Counted from the stretch's first letter, positions 1-9,902 are shown. The stretch is DNA of 64,000 bases from Candidatus Bathyarchaeum tardum (GCA_024650005.2 CP122380.1:384001-448000), one strand, 5' to 3'. A program made the numbers and translations. Notes: a model not told the origin generated them from the sequence alone.

Positions 1-344
1 AATTTTTTGAGGTTCTCTTCAGAGACTCCGTCCATTTCCCTGAAGGCTCGAATCAAGGTTTCGTCACCGTTTTTTACGCGTTCACTTGCTCCGGCGATGG
101 TTTCTCCAGTCCAATGCCATGCCCAGGGGAACAAAACGTTGAAGCCTTTCATGCGTTTGTATCGGGCGATTGCGTCCACGCGGGTAGCAGTGAAACCGTG
201 TCCTACATGAAGAGGACCGTTCATGTACGAAAAAGGAAAAGTGATAAAATATTTTTCTTTATTCGAGTCTGGGTCTGCCTCGAATATTTTGGCGCCTTGC
301 CATTTTTTTTGCCACTTTTTTTCCATTTGACTAAGAGATGTCAT
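1..344 (-). CDS. leuS: Leucyl-tRNA synthetase, N-terminal part (runs off the window)
   Basis: Manual translation from ATG at 344: MTSLSQMEKKWQKKW...FITFPFSYMNGPLHVGH...RYKRMKGFNVLFPWAWHWTG. HIGH-type motif HVGH and archaeal LeuRS N-terminus. Absent from the ORF track. Confidence 0.93.
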   Translation of the reverse strand, partial: MTSLSQMEKKWQKKWQGAKIFEADPDSNKEKYFITFPFSYMNGPLHVGHGFTATRVDAIARYKRMKGFNVLFPWAWHWTGETIAGASERVKNGDETLIRAFREMDGVSEENLKK

Positions 345-1016
345 TAAACCATTTGGAGTGCCCAGAAAGTTAAAAGTGTTTTCAGTCACCCAAACAAACA
401 ATACAACAATTCGCTATTGTTTTACTATCATCTTTGTGAACTTGAAAACTAGTTGGGTGCTGCGCAGAAATGATTTCAAAAATAATGCCTTGGATTAATT
501 TAAACAAGCAATGGAACTCGCAGATTTTGTTCTTAAAAGGTCGAAGCAATATGAAATTCGCTCTGATTTAGACACTAACTATCCAGCGAAGGGAAAATTT
601 TAAACAAAAAACAGCAGATTGTAACAGTCATGCAACAATATAGTGTTACAATTCTACAATAAAACAATGTTTTTACACTTTCAATCCAAGCCATAAAATC
701 AGAAAAAACCAACCACTTTAACCTAGTAGTTGTTGTGAATTACCTGTACAAAAAACAACAACTTCTACCTGTGATTTTCTGAAGCTTTCTTTGGGCTTGT
801 AACCTAATTCTTCAAACTTTTTTGAAGCGACATTTTCTTCATCTTTCCAACTTTTGGGAATTAGTTTTTTAATTGTAGCTTTTCTTTTTGTATGTTTTAT
901 TATTGTTATTTTTACAAATCGTGTTGAGAACTTTATCCCGTTGTTCTATACTAGTGAAAAGTTTAGACCTTTTTGGTACAACGGTTTATTGTATTGTGGT
1001 AATTCTAGGTGCAGTT

Positions 1017-1038
1017 TAAACGGCAATAATGCCGTTTA
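1017..1038. terminator. Perfect 9-bp hairpin downstream of rpl40e
   Basis: TAAACGGCA-ATAA-TGCCGTTTA, about 15 nt after the rpl40e stop. Function as terminator or stabiliser is inferred. Confidence 0.4.
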
Positions 1039-1052
1039 GTTTTGCACTGGTT

Positions 1053-1214
1053 TTAGCGTACTACTTCTCGTTTCTTCCATCGCAGGTTTTTGCTTCTGCA
1101 TTTTCTGCATTTGACTGCAGCGGAAGAGTTTCTGCCTCCACATTCTCGACAAATTTTCATGTAGAGTCTGTGTTTTTGGGCAAGGGTTTTTTTGAAAGGG
1201 TCCATTATTGGCAA
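1053..1214 (-). CDS. rpl40e: 50S ribosomal protein L40e (53 aa)
   Basis: Manual translation from TTG: MPIMDPFKKTLAQKHRLYMKICRECGGRNSSAAVKCRKCRSKNLRWKKREVVR. CxxC...CxxC ribbon and NLR.K.. tail of L40e. Below the ORF-track size cutoff. Confidence 0.93.
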   Translation of the reverse strand: MPIMDPFKKTLAQKHRLYMKICRECGGRNSSAAVKCRKCRSKNLRWKKREVVR

Positions 1215-1473
1215 TTTTGTTATTTCTCCGTTAGTATAAGCTTAGTTACGATTCAAATCAGCCCTAACCTAAATATGTTTTCCTTTGCCTTGATGTTTTG
1301 CCTTGTTTTCTTCATTGAATAAATTTATTTTTTACTAGGATTTTTTGACGAAAAATTTCACAGTCTAGTGTTTTTGGTCTTGTTAACTTATACCACAATG
1401 TATTTATTGTGCTACAAAAATGCATAGAAAGTTCAAATGAACATAAAAACAAAGGAGCGAGGCGGTAAAACTG

Positions 1474-1749
1474 GTGGACGACAACTCTGTGTTGATTGGA
1501 CGAAAACCAGTAATGAATTATGTTTTGGCTTGCTTGTCCCTTTTCCATGCGGGAGCAACTGAAGTTTCCGTAAAGGCCAGAGGAAAAGCAATCAGCAGGG
1601 CTGTTGACGTTGCTGAAGTTACCAAACGACGGTTCATGCCCGACCTTAAAATCCAAAAGATTGGAATTGGCACCGAATTGTTGGATGTTGTTCAAGAAGG
1701 TAGTGCTCCATCAAATGTTAGCACTATCGAAATAGTCTTGGCGAAATAA
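1474..1749 (+). CDS. albA: DNA/RNA-binding protein Alba
   Basis: [39 protein letters not shown]. Confidence 0.96.
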   Translation: MDDNSVLIGRKPVMNYVLACLSLFHAGATEVSVKARGKAISRAVDVAEVTKRRFMPDLKIQKIGIGTELLDVVQEGSAPSNVSTIEIVLAK

Positions 1750-1812
1750 AAAACGCAAGTTTAAAAGGTGCCGCCGCTACAACTCCCTTGTCTCATGGAG
1801 GATAAAGACGAC

Positions 1813-2319
1813 GTGAAAACGGAACTATGCAATTTCTGCCTGAAAAGCGGAATACTGTGCGCAAAGTGTCAAGGCAAACTTAAGTCAGGTGATGTCACTG
1901 ACGTAGATTTTACTGTAGCCCGTTTACTGTTGTCTATGGAAGAAGAATATTCTGCCCTTCAGGAAATACGTTTTCACAAAGCCGTAGAAGCCGACAGAAT
2001 ACTCGCAATCCTTGTAGGAAAAGGCGATGTTCCACGTCTGTTAAGCCATGGCGGAAAAGTCGTAAAAGCTATTGGCGAAAAGACCGGAAAAACTGTCAGA
2101 GTATTAGAATATGGCGTTCCTGAACGAAAATTCTTAGAAGACCTTTTTGTGCCCCTGAGTATTTTAACAATAAACAAGATTTGGTTACCCGATGGAACAA
2201 CAGAAACCCGTGTTATCCTCAACCGAGGAAGACGAAAACGTGTTCCTAACGTCAAAGCATCCAAAGAATTAGCAGAAAAAATCCGCGGAATGACCATCCG
2301 CGTCGAATTCGCAAAATAA
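1813..2319 (+). CDS. NusA-like KH-domain protein with N-terminal Zn ribbon
   Basis: CNFCLKSGILCAKC and a KH-like LLSHGGKVVKAI; lies between alba and aspS. GTG start chosen after GGAGG. Confidence 0.8.
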   Translation: MKTELCNFCLKSGILCAKCQGKLKSGDVTDVDFTVARLLLSMEEEYSALQEIRFHKAVEADRILAILVGKGDVPRLLSHGGKVVKAIGEKTGKTVRVLEYGVPERKFLEDLFVPLSILTINKIWLPDGTTETRVILNRGRRKRVPNVKASKELAEKIRGMTIRVEFAK

Positions 2320-3657
2320 ATGTGTGATGATTCCCAAATGGAACTAGACAAAATGGGCGATTGGAGAAGAACCCATTACGCAGCAGATGTTGGTCCTGAA
2401 ATTGACGGACAAGAAATCTCAGTTTTTGGATGGGTTCAAGAAATCCGTGACCTAGGCGGTTTACGTTTTGTTATCCTGCAAGACAAAACTGGTCAACTGC
2501 AGATTACTATTCATAAAAACAAAGTAGCTGCCGATGTAGTAGAGAAAGGGCGTTCTTTGCAAAAACAATACAGCATCGGAGTTAAAGGAACCGTCAAACA
2601 AATGAAAAACGCTCCCGGAGGAGCAGAAATCATTCCTACGGAACTTCGAATATTCAGTGTTTCTCAGCAGCCTTTGCCTTTGGACATAACTGGCAGAACA
2701 AAAGCTGAAATTGATGTCCGCCTTGATTCCCGTGTTTTGGATCTGCGGCGAGAAGAAAACCAAGCAATTTTTAGGGTTCAGCATGTTGCCTTACAAGCTG
2801 CTCGTAATTTCTTTTCAGAAAATGGTTTCATGGAAGTGTTCACTCCCAGAATTATTGTTTCTGCCACCGAAGGTGGTGCAGCACTGTTTCCAGTGGCTTA
2901 TTTTGATCGTGAAGCTTTCTTGGCTCAGAGTCCTCAGCTGTACAAAGAGCAGTTATGTTTAGATTTTGAGCAAGTCTTCGAAATTGGTCCATTCTTCCGA
3001 GCTGAAGAATCCCATACCCGCCGTCATGTAAGTGAATTCATTTCAGTTGACATCGAAAAAGCTTTTGCAAACGCCGAAGATGTCATGCAGGTTTTGGAAA
3101 ATCTGATTCATCACGTTTGTAAGTATGTGGCAGAAAACTGTAAACGGGAACTTGAACTCTTAGAGTACGAAATTGTAGTTCCTGAGGTTCCTTTCAAACG
3201 TTTGACTTATTCTGAAGTTTTAGAAGAACTTGAACAAAACAATGTTCACATCAACTGGGGAGAAGACATCCCAACGGTTGCCTACAGGGCTCTTGGAGAA
3301 CTGCATCCTTACTATTACTTCATTACTGACTGGCCAACTAAAGCTAAAGCTTTCTACATTAAACCCAAAGACGACAACCCTGAACTCAGCGAAGGTTTTG
3401 ATTTAATGTGGCACTGGATGGAATTATCCTCTGGTGGCGCACGAATCCACGACAAAGAACTGTTGATGAAACGTCTAGAAGAACAAGGTCTGAGCACTGA
3501 ATCTTTCAAAAGCCATTTGCAAAACTTCGACTATGGCATGCCCCCTCACGCTGGATGGGGACTGGGTCTAGCACGATTTGTGATGGTTTTAACTGGAGTC
3601 AAAAACATCCGCGAAGTAATATTATTCCCTCGTGACCAGCTTCGACTAACACCCTAA
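2320..3657 (+). CDS. aspS: Aspartyl-tRNA synthetase, archaeal type (possibly non-discriminating)
   Basis: GWVQEIRDLGG, LAQSPQLYK, FRAEESHTRRH, YGMPPHAGWGLG, LFPRD..RLTP. Confidence 0.95.
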   Translation: MCDDSQMELDKMGDWRRTHYAADVGPEIDGQEISVFGWVQEIRDLGGLRFVILQDKTGQLQITIHKNKVAADVVEKGRSLQKQYSIGVKGTVKQMKNAPGGAEIIPTELRIFSVSQQPLPLDITGRTKAEIDVRLDSRVLDLRREENQAIFRVQHVALQAARNFFSENGFMEVFTPRIIVSATEGGAALFPVAYFDREAFLAQSPQLYKEQLCLDFEQVFEIGPFFRAEESHTRRHVSEFISVDIEKAFANAEDVMQVLENLIHHVCKYVAENCKRELELLEYEIVVPEVPFKRLTYSEVLEELEQNNVHINWGEDIPTVAYRALGELHPYYYFITDWPTKAKAFYIKPKDDNPELSEGFDLMWHWMELSSGGARIHDKELLMKRLEEQGLSTESFKSHLQNFDYGMPPHAGWGLGLARFVMVLTGVKNIREVILFPRDQLRLTP

Positions 3658-3667
3658 ACTGTTACAA

Positions 3668-5032
3668 CTAGTAACCTGATGATATCACGTCTTGGGGCTT
3701 CATGAATTCTCGCAAAACTACAGTTGCGTAGCTGCCTCTGTTCAAATTAAAAGCAAGCTTCAGCGTCTGCTTTCCCTCGTTTTCTTTGTCTTCAGCAATT
3801 TCTTCTAAAACCAAATTCCAAACCGGATTCAAAACAGCCCGAACTTTTCCTTCAGCTGTTGCTTCAGGCATTAAGGCAATCTTAAAACAATCACGTGAAA
3901 CATCTTCGGCTTCCAAAATTACTTGTTCAAGTTCACCTTGCATCCCTTTTGAAGGTGGCTGATTTGGACCAACCAAGGGTATGGCGAGTGCCATTTTATC
4001 TTCTTTCATGAACTGTGTGACGAGTTTGATGTTAATTTTGTTCACTTGTTCATGTTTATCTGTTGGCAAGCCGTTTTTGTCAAGCCAAATCGCGTAATCT
4101 CCCATCTGGGGATCATCAAGGGGGATGCCTTGTCGTATGCGTTCGCTCAAAAATCTGTTAAACAGATACGACTGAAAGGCTTGAACAAACAGTTTACGAA
4201 GCCGCCGAGGCAATTCCCTGAATGCCCCAATAAAATCTGTGGGATTTTTTGTTAAGTACCGTAACATAAAGTGTTCATAGCGCAAAAATCTGGGGAACTT
4301 TTCTAGGGCTTCTTCAAAGTTCATAGTATCCTGTAACTGTTGTCGGGCTTCTCGGGCTTCAGCATGTTCATGAATGCTAGGCGTTGCAAGAAACTCAAGG
4401 GCTGCTTTTTTGGGCTCATTTCTTGTTAAGTATTTGCCGATTAGGTGTGTGTTTGGGCGAGTAGTTCCGAAGCGTTGGTGACCAAAAAAGTTAGGGACTC
4501 CCCCTATTTTTTCTATTTGTTTTGTAACTTTTGTTGTGGTTTTTTCAATAACTGAAACTGGCTGGTTAATTTCTCGTATTGTAATGTGGAACCTGTTGCC
4601 TTTGATTAGTTCAGAATACATTCTTTGGTGGGAAAAAAATCGAGGATAAACTGTAATGTCCCTGATTTGCAGACCCAAAACATGGTTTGGGGTCACGTTC
4701 TGTATACTGATATGCTGACCGGTTAAGGCATTGGTGTCTTTGATTCCGGCAAACCTGACTCTTTTTTGGTTAATGTGCATGCGGTCTGCCACTTCTCTGA
4801 CTGCTAAAAACGTGTCCCATCTGCGCTTAACTAATACACAGATAAGATTTTGTCCTTCACCCGTGGGGATCCATTCTTCAATGGGCGGATTCACTTCTGC
4901 TAGGGTGCCATCTGTTAACAGTTCTTCAACAACAAAATCATCTATTAGTTGCTTGATTTTTCCCCCAATTCCCTCTGATTGAGTGGCGTAAACTTCCATG
5001 CCCAAATCATGTTCTATTTGTGGAACCTGCAA
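3668..5032 (-). CDS. truD: tRNA pseudouridine(13) synthase TruD
   Basis: DFVVEE, FAGIKD, GNRFHI, PNFFGHQRFG, QAFQSYLFN, GSYATVVLRE. Confidence 0.95.
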   Translation of the reverse strand: MQVPQIEHDLGMEVYATQSEGIGGKIKQLIDDFVVEELLTDGTLAEVNPPIEEWIPTGEGQNLICVLVKRRWDTFLAVREVADRMHINQKRVRFAGIKDTNALTGQHISIQNVTPNHVLGLQIRDITVYPRFFSHQRMYSELIKGNRFHITIREINQPVSVIEKTTTKVTKQIEKIGGVPNFFGHQRFGTTRPNTHLIGKYLTRNEPKKAALEFLATPSIHEHAEAREARQQLQDTMNFEEALEKFPRFLRYEHFMLRYLTKNPTDFIGAFRELPRRLRKLFVQAFQSYLFNRFLSERIRQGIPLDDPQMGDYAIWLDKNGLPTDKHEQVNKINIKLVTQFMKEDKMALAIPLVGPNQPPSKGMQGELEQVILEAEDVSRDCFKIALMPEATAEGKVRAVLNPVWNLVLEEIAEDKENEGKQTLKLAFNLNRGSYATVVLREFMKPQDVISSGY

Positions 5033-5041
5033 CTTTTTTCC

Positions 5042-5443
5042 TCAAAGCAAACTCAATTTTCCAGTAATCGCGTCCACCTTACTGGCGGGACCAGGACCTA
5101 TTCCCAAACATGTAGTAGTGTTCGGTGGAATTTCAGTTAAACCTCGATCAACAATCAATGCAACTGGAAGTTTGGCGTTACGGGCTTGACGTTCTAGATT
5201 AATTATTTCGTCTTCAGATCTTGCTTTTACAGCAATTTTTCGTTGCCCTTCATTTATCCAAGGATTCCACCATTCGGGGCGGTTTTTTCGTGCATACTCG
5301 GACGCCGAAACTGCAGCATGACCCGCTTGAGCAGCAATTTTGCCCTTGCTCATTTTGATGTCTGTTCGTATTACTATTACCAGTTTGTACTCGAAAGCCG
5401 ACGAATCAACAGTTGTTCTTCCAGTCATCGTTTTTTGCCTCAC
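5042..5443 (-). CDS. pth2: Peptidyl-tRNA hydrolase Pth2
   Basis: KLVIVIRTDIKMSKGKIAAQAGHA, W..EGQRKI, DRGLTEIPP..TCLGIGP. Confidence 0.95.
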   Translation of the reverse strand: MRQKTMTGRTTVDSSAFEYKLVIVIRTDIKMSKGKIAAQAGHAAVSASEYARKNRPEWWNPWINEGQRKIAVKARSEDEIINLERQARNAKLPVALIVDRGLTEIPPNTTTCLGIGPGPASKVDAITGKLSLL

Positions 5444-5618
5444 CAGTAACTACAGTGATGTTTTCTTCCTCTAAAATACTTCCATCCCCAACTTTAATGG
5501 CGAGAATGCGAAGTCAACCACGACCAAACAAAATACCCAACCACGGTCAAAGTTCCGGGATAACGCATCATCGAAATAAGCGAACGACCCTGAAAATCCA
5601 CATCCCCAACTTTTTCCA
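5328..5618. repeat. Direct repeat, copy A (pth2 5' end and upstream region, plus variant GGR 3' end)
   Basis: 5328-5495 matches 7917-8084 with 2 mismatches; 5496-5618 is a diverged homologue of 8085-8202. Confidence 0.92.
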
Positions 5619-5619
5619 G
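5494..5619 (-). pseudogene. Orphan diverged copy of the geranylgeranyl reductase C-terminus (41 aa)
   Basis: Reads LEKVGDVDFQGRSLISMMRYPGTLTVVGYFVWSWLTSHSRH*; 33 of 41 residues identical to the C-terminus of the 8078-9295 gene. Confidence 0.85.
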
Positions 5620-5622
5620 CAA

Positions 5623-5754
5623 TTATCCGCCTGTTGCTTTGTCGTTGCCTATACAGCAGGTGCAACCATCAGTTTCACCACAGTATGGGCAAACACATTT
5701 ACAATCGTCGATAAAGTTTCTGCATTTCTCGCAACGGGGACGATCTTCTTCCAT
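5623..5754 (-). CDS. Small Cys-rich protein (43 aa, 9 Cys, CPYCG motif, C-terminal GG)
   Basis: MEEDRPRCEKCRNFIDDCKCVCPYCGETDGCTCCIGNDKATGG from ATG at 5754. Confidence 0.7.
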   Translation of the reverse strand: MEEDRPRCEKCRNFIDDCKCVCPYCGETDGCTCCIGNDKATGG

Positions 5755-6016
5755 CCACTTGCGCCTTCTACATTTAGAGCAGTGGTTTAAAACTATAATT
5801 AATGTTTCGGAACAACCACTTAAAGAAAAAACGGTAAAAAACTTGTTTACCAATCTATTAGGCTGCAAATAGCAGTTGTATACATATACCTATGGAGGTA
5901 GGTGCGTAATGACTTTTTTTAGCCTAACGCAGGTTTATGCCAGCAAAAGTGAACTGTTTTTTTGCATTTTAGTTTTCTACAAAACCGGAGGACATCAACT
6001 ATACAGATTATGCAGG

Positions 6017-7234
6017 TTACTTTTGGTAGTAAACGTCATTACCACTTTGATTGGCTGTGTTGCCAGAAACTTTGCCTCCAGACGAATTAAAACTGCCGTT
6101 TCCAACATAGACACCGCCGCCATAATTTGCCGTGTTACCAGAAATCACACCACCACTCATATTGAACTCATAATCACTGCACACACCGCCACCAAGATTA
6201 CCTGCTTTATTGTTAGAAATCACGCCTTCAGACATGTTAAAAGTGCTCCACATAAAATAGTTAAGCACACCACCACCCTTATCCCATGCAACATTATCCG
6301 AAATCACACCACCACTCATACTAACAGTACCATAAAAATTGTGCACACCACCACCAACGCTGGCTGTGTTGCCACAAATAACTCCACCATCTAAACTAAA
6401 TATACTCCACCTGTTAAACACGCCACCACCAGCCTCGGCTGTGTTACCAGAAATTTCACCACCACTCATACTAAAATTCAAAGCATTAAACACGCCACCA
6501 CCATAACCACAACCATAGAAACCACTAACGCTTTCCTCGCCACTACCAATACTTACTGTGTTACCAGAAATTTTGCCGCCAGTCATTTCAAACGTGCCAT
6601 AGTTAAGTACGCCGCCCCCACCAATGTAAGCTGTGTTGCTAGAGATTTCACCACCAATCATACTAAAAGTTCCTAAATTTACCACGCCACCACCCCACTC
6701 TCCATTAGGCGTCATATAATCCTTAGGCATAGTGTTATTACAAATCACACCACTATACAATATTAATGCACTACCAAAATCGGCAAATACCCCGCTACCA
6801 TAAACACCCTTTTCATGGGTCACAACAACACCATCAAGTCGCAACACACCATCAGTCTCAACAATGATAGCGCTCTGGTTATTTGCACCAATCAACTTGT
6901 AAAACCCATTTTCAATGTTACTGCTTGTTAGAGTGATCTCTTTACCTGCTGGAATGATAAGGGCTTCTGTAAGCTCAATATCACCATCAAGAGTAATAAC
7001 GGTAGGTCCTACAGCATTATTAACTGCCTCTTCAAGTTCAGCTTCAGAAGTTGTTGTTATGGAAGTTTCAGGAGTTTTTGTCATAAAAGGAAAAGCACCA
7101 TTAAAAACCAAAAATAAACAAGAAAAAACTAAGACTATAATGAACAGTAAAAAAACAAAAAGCAAAACCTTCCTTCTGCCACTACTATGAATAGTGTGCA
7201 AATTAAATTTGAACCCAACATTTTTCACACCCAC
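6017..7234 (-). CDS. Membrane-anchored adhesin-like beta-helix protein with GGGV-N repeats
   Basis: N-terminal hydrophobic segment, then repeats of F.MSGG.ISGNTA..GGGV.N (Pmp/pectin-lyase-like fold). Confidence 0.75.
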   Translation of the reverse strand: MGVKNVGFKFNLHTIHSSGRRKVLLFVFLLFIIVLVFSCLFLVFNGAFPFMTKTPETSITTTSEAELEEAVNNAVGPTVITLDGDIELTEALIIPAGKEITLTSSNIENGFYKLIGANNQSAIIVETDGVLRLDGVVVTHEKGVYGSGVFADFGSALILYSGVICNNTMPKDYMTPNGEWGGGVVNLGTFSMIGGEISSNTAYIGGGGVLNYGTFEMTGGKISGNTVSIGSGEESVSGFYGCGYGGGVFNALNFSMSGGEISGNTAEAGGGVFNRWSIFSLDGGVICGNTASVGGGVHNFYGTVSMSGGVISDNVAWDKGGGVLNYFMWSTFNMSEGVISNNKAGNLGGGVCSDYEFNMSGGVISGNTANYGGGVYVGNGSFNSSGGKVSGNTANQSGNDVYYQK

Positions 7235-7298
7235 ACAGATAACCTCTACAGAAACACATCAGCAAACTTGAAAAAAATTAACAAATAAAAAGAAATAT

Positions 7299-7724
7299 TT
7301 AGTCACCGATTTGGGTGCCAGCAGATCTTGACTCATTTAGCGCAGACGCTAAAATATGTTCGTATTCTCCAATTTGTACTATTAACGTCTCATTTATCTC
7401 AGATGGCGACATATTTTGGTACTCTTCAAGTGATACTACTACAGGAGGCTCTGATGCAATAGGGATGTCTACAGGAACACCTGTTGTCAATCCAGCTGAA
7501 ATCATCACTTTATTCATCCGTTCATACTCAGTAGCATCACCATTACTCACATACATAGCATACATTTGACAGAATTCTTCAAAACTTACTGGACGTTCTG
7601 AGTCATTTGAAGTAGCAGAAGCGCTCAGAATCGCTACATAACTGTTACAAACCATTGCAGCTACAAGAACAAAAAATATTGATAGCCACAATAATTTTAC
7701 ATTTGTTAATTTTTTATTCGGCAT
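7299..7724 (-). CDS. Hypothetical secreted protein
   Basis: 141-aa ORF with a basic-then-hydrophobic signal-like N-terminus and acidic body. Confidence 0.55.
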   Translation of the reverse strand: MPNKKLTNVKLLWLSIFFVLVAAMVCNSYVAILSASATSNDSERPVSFEEFCQMYAMYVSNGDATEYERMNKVMISAGLTTGVPVDIPIASEPPVVVSLEEYQNMSPSEINETLIVQIGEYEHILASALNESRSAGTQIGD

Positions 7725-7906
7725 TTTGTATCAACAGTTACTATTTAAAATAAATAGCCATATTTTACTCTCCTGGAAGAACAGTCTGTTCTTTCTAGAG
7801 AACAGTATCTTTCTTGTTGTTCTATAGCAAGACGATAAAAAGCGCTACTATACAAATTTTTGTTATGCTGTACAAACGAATTCTAAAATGATCTCACAAC
7901 GCTCAC

Positions 7907-8032
7907 TTATTTCGCCTGAGCAGCAATTTTGCCCTTGCTCATTTTGATGTCTGTTCGTATTACTATTACCAGTTTGTACTCGAAAGCCGACGAATCAACA
8001 GTTGTTCTTCCAGTCATCGTTTTTTGCCTCAA
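7907..8032 (-). pseudogene. Truncated duplicate of the pth2 5' end
   Basis: Same as pth2 up to ...KGKIAAQA, then K and stop; start codon is TTG instead of GTG. Confidence 0.85.
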
Positions 8033-8202
8033 CAGTAACTACAGTGATGTTTTCTTCCTCTAAAATACTTCCATCCCCTACTTTCGTAAAGACGAGGTCA
8101 AATACGAACAAACAAAATAACCAACAACCGCCAAGGTTCCGGGATAACGCATCATGGGAACAAGAGAACGCCCCTGAAAATCCACATCCCCAACTTTTTC
8201 CA
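7917..8202. repeat. Direct repeat, copy B
   Basis: Partner of 5328-5618. Confidence 0.92.
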
Positions 8203-9295
8203 AAACCTTGTCGACTCCTAGGCGGTTACACAAACCAATTAGATAATCTGTTCTAGAATCGGAAAGACTGTTAAGCATTCTGCGCAACTGAAGCATAACT
8301 TTCAACTCAAAATCAACGGCTTGTCTCCATTGAGTCTCATAACTGGATAAGAACTCCTCAGAAAAATTGTTGAACTGAACAGCCTTAGCTGCAACTTCTC
8401 CTGCGATTTTGGCACAAGTTACCCCAAACACCACACCACCCCCTGTTGTAGCTTTGACTTGGGATGCAGCATCACCAACAGTGAGAAATCCGTTACAATA
8501 GGTTTTCTGAATTGGACCTGCCAAAGGTATCGGATGAACCGCCAACCTAGTAATTTTGCTGTGTTTTAGTTTCTGGGAAGCCACGGGATGTTTTTTCATA
8601 ACCTTTTCCAGATACAATCTTGGATTGCCCTTAGAAGTTGCCAAACCAACCTTTGCTGAACCATCAGTTTTGGGGATTATCCATGCAAAAAAATCTGGAG
8701 CAACCTTTGAACCCAGATACAACTCTACCATGTCTGTATCTACATTTTCTACAGAATCAACTTCTGCTTGAATTCCCCGCACAACAGTTGAAGAACTCAA
8801 ACCAGAAAGCCCTGATTGTTTCAAAACAGATGACGAACAACCCTCAGCATCAATAATCATGTTTGATTTGATTTTTTCTCCGTTTTTTAGAACAACTCCC
8901 TTTGCATAACCAGATTCAAAGAGCAGGGATTTTACTCGTGAGTTAAAACGATATTGGGCTCCTGCATTCATGGCGAGTTCTGCGAGGTGTTTATCGAATT
9001 TTTCTCGGTCCAGAACGTATGTGACTGGGGATTTGCATCGTAAAACGAACTGGTTGCCGTTTGGGGAAAAAATTTTTGCGCCCATGATCTTGTTTTCAAG
9101 GATTTCTGAAGGAAACTTTATTCCTAATTTTTGTAGGCTGGATATGCTGAGGTGTCCGGCGCAGTGGTTGGGTTTTCCGACTTGGTTGTGTTCTTCGCAG
9201 ACTATAACGTTGGTGTCTAGTTTGGCGGCGGAGTATGCTGAAACTGAGCCGCAGGGTCCTGCTCCAACTACAACGATGTCGGGGTTGTTTTTCAC
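8078..9295 (-). CDS. Geranylgeranyl reductase family FAD-dependent oxidoreductase
   Basis: DIVVVGAGPCG, HCAG, LDREKFDKHL, FFAWIIP, VGDAASQVKATTGGG. GTG start at 9295 after GAGGAAG. Confidence 0.9.
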   Translation of the reverse strand: MKNNPDIVVVGAGPCGSVSAYSAAKLDTNVIVCEEHNQVGKPNHCAGHLSISSLQKLGIKFPSEILENKIMGAKIFSPNGNQFVLRCKSPVTYVLDREKFDKHLAELAMNAGAQYRFNSRVKSLLFESGYAKGVVLKNGEKIKSNMIIDAEGCSSSVLKQSGLSGLSSSTVVRGIQAEVDSVENVDTDMVELYLGSKVAPDFFAWIIPKTDGSAKVGLATSKGNPRLYLEKVMKKHPVASQKLKHSKITRLAVHPIPLAGPIQKTYCNGFLTVGDAASQVKATTGGGVVFGVTCAKIAGEVAAKAVQFNNFSEEFLSSYETQWRQAVDFELKVMLQLRRMLNSLSDSRTDYLIGLCNRLGVDKVLEKVGDVDFQGRSLVPMMRYPGTLAVVGYFVCSYLTSSLRK

Positions 9296-9397
9296 GTTTC
9301 TTCCTCGTTTGAATGCAGATATTATGGGTGGGGAAGTTTTAAAAGATAGCATATATAAGTGGGCAGTGTATTACTCAACTTTCCTTGAGGTGTTGCT

Positions 9398-9583
9398 GTG
9401 AGCGAAAAAATTAACATCGTTATGCCTAAATGCATGTCATGTAACCGAATTATCCCTCCGGGCGAAGACTCGACTAAAACTCTGTGCCCTGACTGTGGAG
9501 AAATCCTCATCTGGCGCTGCGCCAAATGCCGACAGTTCGGACGACACTACAAATGCCCAAAATGCGGATTCACTGGACCATAG
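9398..9583 (+). CDS. Zn-ribbon protein, DUF1610/HVO_2753 family
   Basis: CMSC...CPDCGE..IWRCAKCRQFG..YKCPKCGFTGP. Confidence 0.9.
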   Translation: MSEKINIVMPKCMSCNRIIPPGEDSTKTLCPDCGEILIWRCAKCRQFGRHYKCPKCGFTGP

Positions 9584-9902
9584 ACGGTTAGTGAACCTCC
9601 AAATTCCCTTTTCGGATTAACATGAACTTTTTGAACCCTAACCATTCATCGGCTTTTTAGCCAAACATCTGTTTGTTTTTAAAACATTTTTGAGGAATAA
9701 TGTTGATGCTTTTGTATCCAGCAACCGTTGAATGTTTGTTCAACTAAATTCAACAATTTTTTAGTCTGAATTTTTGTTTCTCAAAAAAATGCTGGTTAAA
9801 GTTGCATTTCTGGTTTGTATTGTTTTGTTTATTTAGCATTAACAATTTGGCAAGAAAAAGCTTTTATTATAAACGGTAGAAACTGAATTCGAAGGTGAAT
9901 AT

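Noticed and set aside
345-1000. Replication origin or gene remnants in the leuS-rpl40e gap
   Set aside because: No ORB-like repeats or cdc6 nearby; short open frames (about 718-945 on minus, about 500-603 on plus) lack credible starts or recognisable motifs.
5876-6394. Long antisense ORFs such as 5876-6394, 22819-23346 and 52542-53168
   Set aside because: They are shadows of well-supported opposite-strand genes and have no motifs of their own.
5494-8202. Diversity-generating retroelement TR/VR pair (two versions of the GGR 3' end)
   Set aside because: Mismatches are not adenine-specific, many are synonymous third positions, and there is no reverse transcriptase in the window.
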